Shown here: positions 42,378 to 56,750 of the stretch, in pieces
Position numbering within the stretch: the stretch's first letter is position 1
Layout of the letters: every line of letters starts with the position of its first letter
DNA from: Microbotryum violaceum
Taxonomy: Eukaryota
NCBI GenBank assembly: GCA_001244265.2
Contig: CDLV01000004.1
Location: forward strand, 1,116,001-1,180,000
Direction: 5' to 3'
DNA length: 64,000 nucleotides
The notes under the pieces: model-generated
The model's database searches: none
What the model saw: only the letters and a program-made list of their open reading frames with translations
What the model was told of the DNA's origin: nothing
Program-made: the position numbers and the translations under genes

Positions 42378-45255
42378 TCAGGGGTCCTGGCGGAGCTGCT
42401 CCTCGGTGTCAAAAACCGGAGCAATTGCGGCAACCTGCGCGGCGGCGCATGGCTGGGACGACAGCAGCAGCAGGTCTATAGAGTGTACGTGGTTGGCTTT
42501 GCAGGTGAGGTGTGGCTGAGGGAAAAGGCCGAGCTCCATCTTGTGCCGATAGATGAAGTTGCCTCCCAAGATAATCTCAAGGTCCTTCCCGAGGGGCGCT
42601 ACCTCGGCGTACGTGGGTCCTGCGGCCCAGAGCCCATTGGCCAGCTCGAGCGGGACTCGAACAAAGTGCGTGCAGGTGAAGACAGTGGGGACTTGGTTTT
42701 GCATTGCAAGGGTGTACTTCGAGTGCTGTTCCAGGGCGCGCCTTTCCAAACCCAATCGCTGAACAAGCTCCTCATTGAGAAACGTTTGAGGCGATCCCGA
42801 ATTGACTAGGGCGGAGGCAAGGAGAGTACCATGAGCGCCGAGTAGGGAGACGGGTAAGGGGGGAAAGGGATGCGGTGTGTACGAAGGATCATTGACGTCC
42901 TCCGAGTCGCTGCTGAGGCCGGCAAACACGGTTGAATTGCCAGTTTCTTGGAAGGTCCGAATGGCCGCCACCATACGGGGCCCGGGGCGAGGCGCAGGAG
43001 CGGTCGACGTTGGCGTCGACGGAGTGGCGGACACTCCCATAGGTGACAAGTAGCGGGGCAGTTGCGCGAGATGTGGTCGGCGTTGAGAGTGCGGCAGCGA
43101 TAGCATCCGTGGTTCTGGTCCAGGTACGCGCGCTCGTCGGCGGTGAGTTGGGTGACGGGGCGGGGGCCACCCGCGCTCGGGGAATGGCCGGTAGCAGCTG
43201 TGGCAACTTGAGTTGCAGCTGAGACTGCAGCGGGTCTCGAGTACGTGGGGCGCTGTTGTAGCGCACTGACCTGGGTCGCAATGGCTTGGCGTCGCTGTGC
43301 GATGACGCTCCATTCCTCGCAACCAATCGTCTCAAAGACTTGGTAATCGAACTCGAGAGGTTGGTTCGTGTGTGCGTCACTAAAAACCTCGGCGGCCTCC
43401 GGACTCGTAGGGACCACCGGAGCGTCGAGGGCAAGCTTCTCGAGCGAGAGGTCCGACCAGCCAGCTGTCACAAACGGGATCTTGCGACTTGTGCCCTTGG
43501 CTCACGTGATCTCACTCGGACCACGTGACCTCGGCTCGCTTCCAGTACGGGTCCTCACTTCAGTATCGCACGTGATCACGTCTTGATCACATGATCTCGC
43601 TTCGCTTACATCATCAGCTCACTTGGTCACATGGTCTCGCTTCGGGTACATCTATTGTACACGTGTTCTCGCCTGGTCCATGTGGTCTTGCCTGGTCCAC
43701 GTGATCTGGCTCGGTCACATGACTCCGTTTGGCTCTTATCATCTCGCTTGATGCACATGACTTCGTTTCATGGGCACGTGTTCCTTTGCATTCTATCCTG
43801 TGCATAAAAAGTGTCCAGTGTGATAGCTTGTTTCTCTTTCTCTTTTCTGCAACTCAAATCTTGCAAAAGGTCACATCCTTGCTCTCGTCCCTCGTCCTTG
43901 CCTCTCTTGGGAAGTCCTTGGAACATCTCTCGACTCGTCCCTCGTCCCTCGCCTCGAGCCCCTACGTCCGGCTCACCTCTCCTATCTCTTTGCCCCTTCG
44001 TGATACCAGCCAGCGACGAGACCATGTGGGTGCGGAGGATCCGGCAGAGTTCCGGATTGGTGCCCAGGAGAACCAGCTTGGCCACTTCTTGGTCGGAGAC
44101 AACCTGGAAGTTGATCTCCATTTGCAGTGAATGCATCTGATCGGAGAATTCCTGAAAGGCGTCAATGTCGTGACCGGGGGCTTGGCGCAGGCGGTGGAGT
44201 TTGGCAAGCTGGGTCCAGACGAAGCCCACTGGCTCAGCCCGGCAAATCAGTTCCGACTTGGAACTGAGCGTATGGCTTTGCAAGGTGCTTGCTCAGGCCC
44301 TGGGTGAACCAGGTCTTGAGAGCAAAGACCTGCAGCCCCATGCCTGCCCCCTCAACCTTATTGTAGTCGCTTGTGATGGGTGTACGGGCAATGCGACGGT
44401 TGTAGAAGTCCAGGCGCATGAAGTATTCGCGCAAGGCCTCCATCGAGGTGCTGTGGAGTTGGGGCGGGTCATTGGGCTTGTACGCGGGGCTGTGGCTAGG
44501 GGCAGTGGGTGTGGACATGGCGCGCGGGGATTGTGCGAGGGCGGCTGGTGAGGTGTGCGAAGGCGGTGCGTGTGTGGGCATGCTGGGCGTGCTGGGTGTG
44601 CTGGGCGTGCTGGGCTGTGCTGGGGCTGGGAGTGTGGGTGCTATGGTTGTGGGATTGGCTTGCCTTGACCGATCTGGGCTAGTCGATGGGTTCGATGGTT
44701 CGACTACGGCCGGGCCTGATGAACGTAGGCCGTATTGTTGGGGTACCAATGAACTCGACGTTGTCAAAAAAAAAGTGAAAGGCACGAGATCGCTCTCAAG
44801 CCTCACTGGCGACCTAAGCTGACAGGTGCAAGTTATATGGATTGCAACTAGCTTCTGGTGTCTGCCCGATCATCTGCAAGAGTGCTGAGATATGGAACAC
44901 CAGTACTCACCTAGCTTCTGGTGTCAGCCCGATGAGGAGGGAACTGAAGAAGCTAGGTGCGCGCGATCTCTATTTCTAGTGCCTGTGGCCCGTAGTAAGG
45001 TGCGCGCCTTACACCGAGGTCTGTTTTCTCTTTGCCTGCACCTACCAGTGCTGCGCCTCTCTCCTGTTCGCCTGCGTCTCGCTCAAAGAGCCGAGGTACA
45101 TCACCCCCTTCAGGCTCTACCTTAGGGTACTCCTGCTTTTGACTGTCCTTGTTGGACACGTTGACTGACTCGGCTACCTTGCTACACAGACCCAACCTCA
45201 ATGTGCCAGCGTCCGAGGTCTGTTTCCTTTGCGGTCTTCTTGTCTCCAAGCGACA
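42378..45255 (-). mobile_element. 3'-truncated gypsy (G2): 5' LTR about 44776-45255, gag, protease
   Basis: Knuckle CYRCRTLNADHISRNC; protease ALVNSGS..IILG; LTR ..TTTCA followed by CTTTTTTTTT. Confidence 0.75.
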
Positions 45256-45338
45256 CGCTTTACAAGCATAGGTATGCCATAGTCCTCAGAGTCTTTGCAG
45301 TATTCCGAGTACTAATAGAATTGCGCTTTACAAGCATA
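45256..45338 (+). mobile_element. Probable 3' end of another copia-type LTR (family E), the target of G2
   Basis: CGCTTTACAAGCATA-G-GTATGC..TACTAAT..CGCTTTACAAGCATA has the same architecture and TA end as the A and B LTRs. Confidence 0.55.
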
Positions 45339-46183
45339 GTCGTTCTATCTTTGTCTCCTCCCACCCACCCTACAAAATAAATAAATACAAAAACAGCCTT
45401 TACCCTATTACTACCTCTTTATATAAAAAAGGGTCGATCCGCGACCCATGTACCTAAAATCGCTGTTTTTGACTGTGTTGCGGCCCTCTGGGCCGCCTAT
45501 AGTGAATGTACCACTACAGTATTGTGTCTGCCGCACCTGCCTGTGATATTGGCGTCACGACCAGAAATCATGTACGACCCTTTCCACATTTTCTGCACCA
45601 TAAAAGTCGAGCTACAGCCCGAGGACAATTTTTGTTGATTTTTGGCAGGGTACCCAACTATTGATCAGTTTGTTTGGGATTTAATGTATAGCAAGCGCGT
45701 GGGTTTGCATGACGCTTCTTCTACAGAGCTCGGGCGTGGTCCCGCTGTCTTTGCGGGCGCGGCTTACGCTGCCAGATGCGCCGTCGATCACGTGACGTAC
45801 TGTTTACAACGCGACACCGGTTTTAGGGGCTGAACAACGACATGATCTTCCAGGGTCTGTAGATAGTCCGGCTATACTCTCTCTAATTATTTCCCTTCCC
45901 TCCCACTCATCGAATTTTCGTGACAACCGCGCCGAGTCTCTGGCGCGACGATAGCGTACCGCCGTACCATGGGACTCGATCGGAGACCATGGGCCTGCTA
46001 CTGGCCTGCTCGAGCTTGCTTGAGCGCCTTGCTAGCATGCTGCTGAGCCGGCTGCTCGACTATCCTCTTCGTCCCGCTCCGATCAACAGAATTAGCTCCC
46101 CACGCGTGATGACAACCACTCGACCGATGTTGGTATTAAGACCAGTATAAGCGTCCGCCGTACAGCTTTGTAGAACGAACAGC

Positions 46184-46770
46184 GTGGTCCGCGAGGGCCC
46201 GATGGCCGATCCGACGCTGAGCTCGCCCCACCACCACCTCTTCTTGCGCAGAGGCAAGTGCGCAGGCCTCGAATCGAGCTCAAACCACTCAAGCCCCACG
46301 TTCCCATTCGCGACTTACTCGGCCCCAGATGGCCGTGTGTGCCCACTGCAAGGCTCGACACTGGGAGTGCAAAGGACGAACCGGACACTTCAGCACGTGC
46401 TGCTTGCAGGGTAAGGTGCAGCTATCTCCTCTCTCCGGCCCAATCCCGAGTATCAATAGCTACTTGAAGGCTCGGATAGCGGTCAGTTGCTCCGTCCAAC
46501 GACATTCGTCTGTAGTAGACCCACATGCTGAAGTGTGCGACCCACCTATTCAGAAGCTAAGGCATTCCAGCGTTCCGCGAGTATGCCCGGTTGTACAGCA
46601 ACGCGCTGTCGTTCACTTCGCTCGCTGGCTGCCCACTTTGACCAGACTCGACCAGGCACTCAATGACCCCGCATGTTTTGCTTTTTTGGTTGCTTTGACC
46701 ATCGACTCGCCGCCCTGATTCCTAGCGTTAATCAACGTCCAGCTTTGGCCCAGATATGGCTCATCGACCC
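46184..46770 (+). mobile_element. Helitron RepHel N-terminal fragment (degenerate)
   Basis: CAHCKARHWE..FSTCCLQGKVQL, YARLYSNALSFTSL and HRLAALIP..PALAQIWLIDP match conserved Helitron N-terminal blocks. Confidence 0.8.
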
Positions 46771-47699
46771 ATATAGCCAGAAATGGGTACCCAGCGCTCC
46801 CGGCCTCAGACCCCCTCAGACCCGCTCAGCGCGATCTCAGACCAATCTCAGACCGATCTCAGATTGAGCGCCGGTCCTGAGTGACTTAGAGCATGGGCCC
46901 GCGGAATTCAGACAGTGCTTTGCTACACTTGCTGTGATCACCAGTTTATGCCCGCTCAGACTGAGCTTAATGCTTAATCATAGAGTAATCACCATTACAG
47001 ACCGGCTCAGACTGAATTCTGTAGGGTATCATAATGTATTCACTCTTTGCAGGCACAAACGAGGATCCCTGCCTGAACTCAGCTTAAAATCAGAGCGCGC
47101 TCGTCACGCGTTGCAGTTTCAGACAGGCCCAGACCGATCTCAGAGAGCGCACCGAGCTTCTCCTGTGCCCGCGTGGAGCCCGCTCCGGATCCTCACGCGT
47201 GCGTCTGAGTCATCCCTGAACCATCAACCCCAGGGTGAGGTGAACCAACAATCGGCTTGGAGTTTTCAGGGGCTTCAAGGTCTTCTCCCTGGGTAGGTAT
47301 CACTACGATGTGCTCTCCTCTCTGTCTATTGACGGTGCTGATATGCGCACCCGATCTTTTCGTTCCTATTGATAGGTATAGCTCCATCGTTCATTCATTA
47401 TCTCACAGCGTGACCCCGAACTCTGTCAAGGCCCGGCTACAGACGTGTTGCGACGTACGTGTTTTAGACGAGATTGCGTTACCCAGACTAGATTCAATTA
47501 CACCTTTACACCTTTACAAGCACTTTCCCACTGCCACTACTACGTCCTGTCCATTGCCCACTGCATGCTCCCCCACTGCATGCCCCTGCTTCAGCACTGC
47601 CACCCCTCGTGCTCGGCCCCTAATCCGAATCGGCGGCCCTTTCTTGAGTTTCGGGGCGGTCACCATCAAAAAAGGCCCGAACGGCTGAGGCAAGCGCCG

Positions 47700-48110
47700 T
47701 AGTTACTTGCTCGAAGTCTTGTTCCGAGCATCCCGTTGAAACTTTTCCTTGTCGAGGAGGCCGAGGCCGACGCTCAGGCTCAACTTGGCCTTGAATTGGA
47801 GTATCCTCGACTTGAGGTGGTTGTGGTGGGTCGTGTAAAGTGTCACCACCTAAATCGTCGATCCTCTGTTTTCAAGTGCGGGGGGAAAGGTGAGCTTCAT
47901 TCGCACGTAGGAAGAGAGCGGAAAGGGAGGAACGATATACACGTCACTCATTCGCTCGCCAAAGTGGAGTAAGTGACGTACCTGGATCAGGTACTCCTCC
48001 TCACAAGGCGTAATGAAATCGTAGATGATGTGAATGGAGGAAGCGGGGAGATTCGGGATGGGCAAGGGAGCGAGGGAGGGGGAGGGGAGGGACATCGTGT
48101 GGAGGGTCAT
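47700..48110 (-). pseudogene. N-terminal fragment resembling AlkB-family (ALKBH6-like) dioxygenase; catalytic part not seen
   Basis: IIYDFITPCEEEYLIQ, GTACGT..CAG intron, then RIDDLGG; similarity is lost afterwards. Confidence 0.4.
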
Positions 48111-48274
48111 GAGGCAGGAGAGAAAGAGAGAGAGCGGGAGTCGATCGGGGTCGGGATCGCACAGGTTGAAGGGTACAGTTTGGATAATCTGCAAAATTTC
48201 ATTTCGTAACATACACCATAACGTCGTACGCCTAATAAAATACCACTCCCACCTCACTTCATCAAAATCATGTT

Positions 48275-51056
48275 TCATAGCCCTGGTCCTCCGATCGGAT
48301 AAATCCAGTCACCATCACCACTTGCTGCCGATGCTACTGATCTCGAAGAGGGGAACGACGAAGAAGCCGGCACCGAGGGATGACGAGGCTGTAGCTGATG
48401 ATGAGGATGATGGGCCTGCTGTTGCTGGAGTTGTTGCTGTGGCTGATAATGCAGTCCTGCGTAATACTGCGATTGCGATTGCGATTGTGAAAACCCAGTC
48501 GGAGGAACCAAATGTTGTTGCTGCTGATGCTGGTGCTGGTGTGGGTCAAGAGTCGGATACGAGGAATCGCGAAGCAGAGGATGCTGATAATGAGGCGTAT
48601 GATAATTATGCGCCTGATCATGTGGGGTGAAATAAGCAATCGAAGACGCTGAGGGGAGGAAATGGGGGTGGAGCGGTGCGAAGCTTGAAATCGGGGGTCG
48701 GACGACGTGCAAAACGTTTGTTGCGTAGTGAGACTGCTGCGGCTGCTGCTGCTGTTGCTGTTGAAAAACCGGATATGGCAGCTGGTATTGATAGTGTCGA
48801 TGCAAAGGCAACTCGAACGAAGCGCCCTGTCCCCTTCCTTGACCCTGTCCTTGAGCAATTGCGAACCTCGGAGAAATCCAACCCATCCTCCCATCCTCCA
48901 TCGTCGTCGGAAGCTCGATCGGGTCCAGCATTGCATTGGGATGTATCGATCCGTAATCGCTTCGTATCATAGTCGTCAAAGTTGGGGCAGCAGAAGAAGG
49001 GGGTAGGAATACCGCACCTCTCATTTCCATTCCCCCTCCGCGCTGCTTCGTTCCCGCCCCTTTCGCAACTAGACTTTTCGTCACGCCCAATCCAGCACCT
49101 CGACCTCGACCCAGCCCGCCGGAAGATGCTTGGCCTGCGCGAGCTGGAGGTGATTTGGGTCGGAGGGTGTCGAGTTCGATGTGGTAGGGGAGATACGGTG
49201 GGAGTGGTGAGTCGTGGACGGCGTCTTGCAAGTTGAGTTGCGAGAGGGAGGTGAGTAGAGTTGAGGAGGCGGAAGTGGATTGGATGCTAGATGCGTAGAT
49301 TGAGGAATCGAAAGCTGTCGGAGTCCATTCCTGGCTTTCACGCTCGATCGGCCGGACGAAGGATTTTTCAGAGAAGACCTTGGAAACCTCCTTATCACTC
49401 GTTATCGAAGACGTTGACGTGATAGGGATCCCCACCGTTAACCAACCCCTCCTCAACGACCTTGGCGATCCATAAAGATGTAATCTCCTCGTCCCTTGGC
49501 AAAAGTTTTCGATAAGGGATTGTAGTTCCGGCGGCTTGAGTAAGGGATCTGAGGTAACAAAACGAAGCTCAGCTGACGAGGTCTTCGTCGCGTGAGGGAT
49601 GTCGATGGAGAGGTACGTACCGAGCTCGTCACCTTCCCACACCATGACGTCCGTGTCGACATTGCAATGCACGAACCAAGGATCGGTCGAACGGCGTACC
49701 GTGCCTCGGATCCCCATGAGGCAGTGTTCGATGGAGGGTATGAAGAGGGACGGCTGAAGGGGTGAGCGATGCGGAGAAGCATGAGCTTAATGAGGGGGTA
49801 TCGAGTGTGAGAAAGTTCGAATGGAACATACCGAACTGTTGTCTTGAGAGTCCTGTTGGGTCGTGTTCGTCTTTAACCAGACGATATCCTCGCATCGTCT
49901 ACGGTCAAACAAATTAGTACCTTCTTTCCCCTCTCAGAAACCACATGGTCGACTCTCTGGACCTACCTATACCCCCAAAGTCCCAACAAGTCCCTCCCTC
50001 TTTCCAACCCGACCCCTCCCCCGCTCCACTCCTGCCATCCCCAACCCACAGCCATACGAAACCGGGACTATGACTCCATTTACCCAAATCCAACGCTTTC
50101 AATTCGTCAAAGGTCGTGGAAGGGGGAGGTGTGAGTAGTATGACGTCAAATTTGTTGGTGGTTGGATCGAGAGTGGTGAAGAGGGTTTTCCGGAGTGGGA
50201 TTTGGGAGGAAGGTAAGTTTAGGAAGGTTGGAGGGAGGGAATTGGAGGGGGAGGAGAGAAGGGTATGTTTGAGGTCGAGCAAGCGGGAAAGTTTCGGATA
50301 CCTGATCGGAAAAGAATAGGTGTCAGTTCGACGAATTACCTAGACTCTGATCGGACGTGAGTTTGAACTACTCTGAAAATCTTTCCTCCACCTTCGCACC
50401 CCGAATGTAATTTTGTGGTCTTTGACCTGTGGATACGTAGTGGTGCGAATAATCGTTACGGATCGAATCGTGTTCGTGCAGCTTTTTCCGTCGTGAGGTC
50501 GGCGGGGGTTCGAAAAGGGACGACAATCAAAATCAAAAATCAGCAAACTCTCACGCACTCTCATCAAAATCACTCTACAAAAACCTTGCCCAAAACCCAA
50601 CTTACATACCCCCTCCCCCAAGCCAGCCTCTTCCTTTTCTCCAAACTCTGCTCCTCCCCATCCAAATCTAAATCTTCATTCCCCACCTCCCCCCGTCTTT
50701 CACTTGACCCAAATTCAACGACCCCTCATCAACTTTCTCAGGTTGCATCACAGAGGCTCTTATGGACCCTCTTGAACTGGATTGGCCAAAATTTCGATTG
50801 GACGCCGGAGAACCTTGTCGAGAAGCGGTGGAGGAACGATGTTGAGGTTGAGGTTGAGGCTGAGGGGGTTGATGGTGGGAGGGGAAGTCGGTCGAGGAGC
50901 GATCAAGTTGGTCGGCGATGGTGGAGTTGGATGAAGCGTGTTGGCTTGAATTGTGCTAGAGATCGTTGAGGTTGGCTGACTGGGCTCATCACTCGATGTA
51001 GAGGTTGGATTGGAGGGAGGTAGGCCTGCATAAATTGGAGGTGGGGAGGAACCCAT
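48275..51056 (-). CDS. METTL14: MT-A70 family, METTL14/Kar4-like non-catalytic m6A writer subunit (multi-exon)
   Basis: RPQNYIRG, YPKL, FDVILLTPP (no DPPW), GFVWLWVG, WGYRRCEDIVWLKTN, EHCLMGIRGTVRRSTD..FVHCNVDTDV, KPPEL..IENFCQGTRRLHLYG, LRRGWLTVG; Q/H-rich tail. Confidence 0.9.
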
Positions 51057-51592
51057 TCTTTTCGCTCGATTATGACGAGGTGAATAGTTCCCTTCGAGCC
51101 GATAGAGACGGTGATCGACTTGGGTTACCAAGAGCGGGTCATTGAAGAAGAAGATCGTCGTGTGGAGAGCGTAGGGTGTAGAGGTTTTGAGCGGAAGGGT
51201 CGCGCGTTTCAACAAGACCGAACTGGAGTGAAGGCGCGCGAAGGCGAACGAACGAAGGCGCTCGAGGAGGCTTGATGTCAATTCCGTATATCGTATGTCT
51301 CGTATTCGGGCACAGTCGAGAGTCGGACTTTGGCTGCCCGGAGAGGCCGACAGAGAGAGAGAGGGAAACCCGATTCGGTCGGCGCGGCGGACGTTTGGCG
51401 CAGAGTTCGGCATGCGAGAGCTTGCGAGAGAATTGACACCTATTATCACTTGGCACAATTTCGACTTCTTCGGCCTCTTTCATTCGCATCAATGACGAGA
51501 TATCACTTGTTCATTTCCTTGTATTCACACGGAAAAAGGACTGAGCACTACTGGGAAAACAGAAAGCCGAGACGAAACACACTTTCGAGCGT

Positions 51593-53254
<1,662 letters not shown>

Positions 53255-54214
53255 GGTTCTGAAGTGGGGTTTTTCGGTGAGGTGGGAGTGGTGGTGTTGG
53301 GAGGGAAGTGGGTGATGATGTGGTTGGGTGGGAAGTGGGTGATGATGTGGTTGGGAGGAGGGAGAGAAAGGAAGAGGAGCGTGGGACGGACGGAGCAAGG
53401 GCCAAGCGCTTTGGGGTTCTTTTGTCGCTTTTACCGAGCTTGTACTTTGGTTTTCGATTTCAAACGATGCGATTTGTCCGATGAGCGGACCCGACCGACC
53501 TGAGCGAACGCCCCGAACGATGGCGCACGCGGCACCGGGTCGAGGTTTTGGGCCCAGCGCCCAGCGCCCAGCGCCGTTAAAGAGGAGCTTTTTTTGCGAT
53601 CTTCGATCTGATTCGGACCGAATCGATCTGATCGACAGGTTTGTAAAGACTCGAAATGGAGGGGAAACTTTTGTAAACGAGTTTACCCTTCTCTGAACAT
53701 AAGTGATTTTACGAACGAGTAGATCACGAACGAGCAGATCGGTCAAAATTCTATGAGCGACTTCTTCTTGAAAGGAGGAGATCTATCTCAGATCTTTGAT
53801 CCACGCCCGATCACCCTCCGATCGATCGAGGCGACGAAGGCTTCCCCATCTACGAAGCGTGTTCGGCGAGCGGCGATTTGGAGCAATTCAAAGGACCGCT
53901 GCGTTGAGGGGGGTCTTTTCAAAGTTACTGGGACGGACGATAGCAAGGCCGCTGTTTCATGGCTCAAGTCAATTCGGGCCGTTCGGCCATTCTGGACACC
54001 TCTCGTTCGGCGACTCCCAAATCGGGTTCCGATCCATCTCATACGTCTACGTCAACGTCGACGATTGGATCTTGTGTAAAATCCTGTTGCGACGCGGTCA
54101 CGCATAAAAACGGTTGGGAGTACTCAAACCAAGAAAAAAATTACAAAAGTCCGATCAACCAACAGTCCCTCCCCACACGCGTATACACCTCTCATTTCCT
54201 TTCACTTCCCCTTT

Positions 54215-56176
54215 TCATCGCTTGTTCAACGCCTCCCATAATTGTATAGACCTATCCCATTTTCCCGCACCCCCACGATGAAGCGATACGATAATATCAG
54301 TCTTTCATATTGAATTACGTCAGTACGAAGGTGGGTGTGATATACTCACGACCCGATCAAAAAGCCCATGAGCCAAGAAAAGTGGAGAAAGCCGTACCCC
54401 AATACTTGAACGAGCGAGCGAAGCGGGTTATAAGATGGGAGGGAATGTCAGTGGTCCGTCGTCCGTCTCCTCGTGAAAAAAATCACTTAGGCCGAAATGA
54501 TGTAGGAAAATGAGAACGGACTTGAAATTTGGAAGGGTCTCCGATGAAAGTTTGGCGATAAATACCGAATATGGGACTGAGGAGGAAACCGACGCCTATA
54601 GTGGGTGAGCGGGAGTGGGGAGGATGTGGGGGGGTGAGTGAGCGGGCTCGACACCGTTTTTTTTTGAAAGACTCTTGCGAAATGCTAGGGCTTACCTCCC
54701 CAGAAATTCCAGAAGCTACTGGCAAAATAGACAAATGAAAAAAGAGAGTGCCATGTGGGTCAGCGTCTCCGATCGCTCGTCCCATTCGGAAAACAGCTCC
54801 GCAAAAAAAGAAGCTCACATCTGCCACCCCACATCCCGGATCTTGGGCATCCACCACTTTTCCTGCGTCTCCAATGCAAAGACCATTCCCGCGAACATGA
54901 AACAAGGCGCTCCTACGATCTGCATACCCCAATATATCGCGATCCATAACCCCTCACTGGTGCGGGATTGTTCCGGACCGCCAGTTTGACCCGAGACGGG
55001 GAGGATTCCGGGAAGTCCGCAGAGAACAGATATGAAGAACGTTACGGAGCCGAATAACTGGACCGTGTTGGCGATGTAGGCGAGGGTGGGGGTCGTACCA
55101 TACCAGCGCCAAGGAAGGGGAGGGTCGGGGGAGGCTGGGGAGGAGGCTGGGGATGGGACGAGGGTAGAGGATCGGGAGGGGGACCGAGAGGGAGGGGAAG
55201 GGGAATGAGGGTTCGCGAGACGGTGACGCAGGTGTGCGGATTGGTCGGAGTTTACGGAGTGATGATGGTGGTGGTGACGTGGATGGGGAAGATGTCGTCC
55301 GAAATGATGGCGTTTTCGTCCGAGGGATTGGTGCGAGTTTTGAGCTGGTTCTCGAAGGGTCCTGCATAGCGCGAAGTTTGCCAGTCAGCCGAGGCATCCA
55401 TTCACCCTCTGCTCGCTCTCACCTCAAACTAACCTCCTCAACTCATCCACTTCCCACCCAAACTCGGCATCTCTCGCCGGATTCAAGCTCTCGATCCAAC
55501 CGAGGTAAGAGCCGACGAGGAAAGTGGAGCCACCCAAAAAAGCGGTCGCGGCTTCGGTGTTGGTGTAGGAGGGAGTGGTGCGCGAGAAGTAGCAGAAGAA
55601 GAAGAGCGCGTTGATGCACCACCAGATCGAACCGAGGGTCTGGTGAGGGGGGAGGCGTTGGGTCAGTCTTTTTTTGGTCCTAATCCTCATGTCGAGGTCT
55701 GAGCCTGACTTGCAAAGATTACTACGGCCGTTCCCGGAATAGACAAAGGTCAAGTCAGCTTTCCATCTCCACTTGTAGCGGAAGTCTAAACTGATGTACA
55801 ACTCACCGGCGACCCACCAACTAATATCCCAATAATCCCAACCCCACCACCTCAAATCGTTTACACTATCCTCCTTCCAAGCACGCTCCTTCTCTGGCTC
55901 TGCGGCCTCTTCCTTGCCATGCGCGTCGTCCGACTGAATCTCCACCGCACAACCCTTCCTATGACCCCTCGATTTCCAGAGATATTTCACATTCTTCTGA
56001 GGGTCGAGAAACACACGTTGGTTTGGCTCGAGGTGGTCCGAGAGGGTTGAGGAACCGAGAGGGTGCGAGCTCGAGAGCGGGATCCAACTGGAAGGGAAAC
56101 GTGTCAGGCTGGGCCGCGGTTTCGGTGCGGACTCCAGAGCGGCTTCGGTGGGAGCTGGAACGGATGAAGTCAACAT
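54215..56176 (-). CDS. Fungal multi-pass integral membrane protein (multi-exon), function unknown
   Basis: Hydrophobic Trp-rich segments DISWWVA, TLGSIWWCINALFF, YIANTVQLFGS, YWGTAFSTFLGSWAFLIGS; canonical introns. Confidence 0.75.
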
Positions 56177-56750
56177 CGTTGACGGCACGTCGCCGGGAGT
56201 TGAGCCGCTCTTACACCCAAGTCAACGGGGAGAGAGGGAGGGCAGTCAAGACCGCCGCCGCTTTTCACACAGTCGTCTTCTCATGTCAGACCGAGCAGTG
56301 AACGACGTCTTCGGCGTTCAGGCGTTCAGACGTTCAGGCCTCGCGCGTGGCGCGTGGCGCGTGGTGGGGTCGCCGACTCGCCGGCCTGTGTCGCCGGTGG
56401 GTGAGGTAGCGCGATCCGACGGCCGGGTACTACTATACTACTAGTACTAGCTGCGGGACACGGTCGCGCCACGTTGGTTGCCTATTTATGACAGGAAACA
56501 AGGGAAAACTCGATTGAATGTATCCAGATAAATCGTGACAAGGTATGACCCAAATTTCGACGTCGCGCACTGGCACTCACCTCCCGCCTCGACGCCCTTT
56601 CTATAGCTACCAACGGTCCGTGCCCCGCTAGCGGCGTTAGCGCGTCGTGGCGCGGAGACCGAGAACAGAGAAGCCGACGTCGGGAACGCGTCGAGACATT
56701 CGCGGTTTGTCGCGGTTCTTCCCTCCACACGGGACTCTTGACAAAACGTC

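Noticed and set aside
46775-47240. CTCAGA-rich repeats as a MITE
   Set aside because: No terminal inverted repeats or TSD could be fixed
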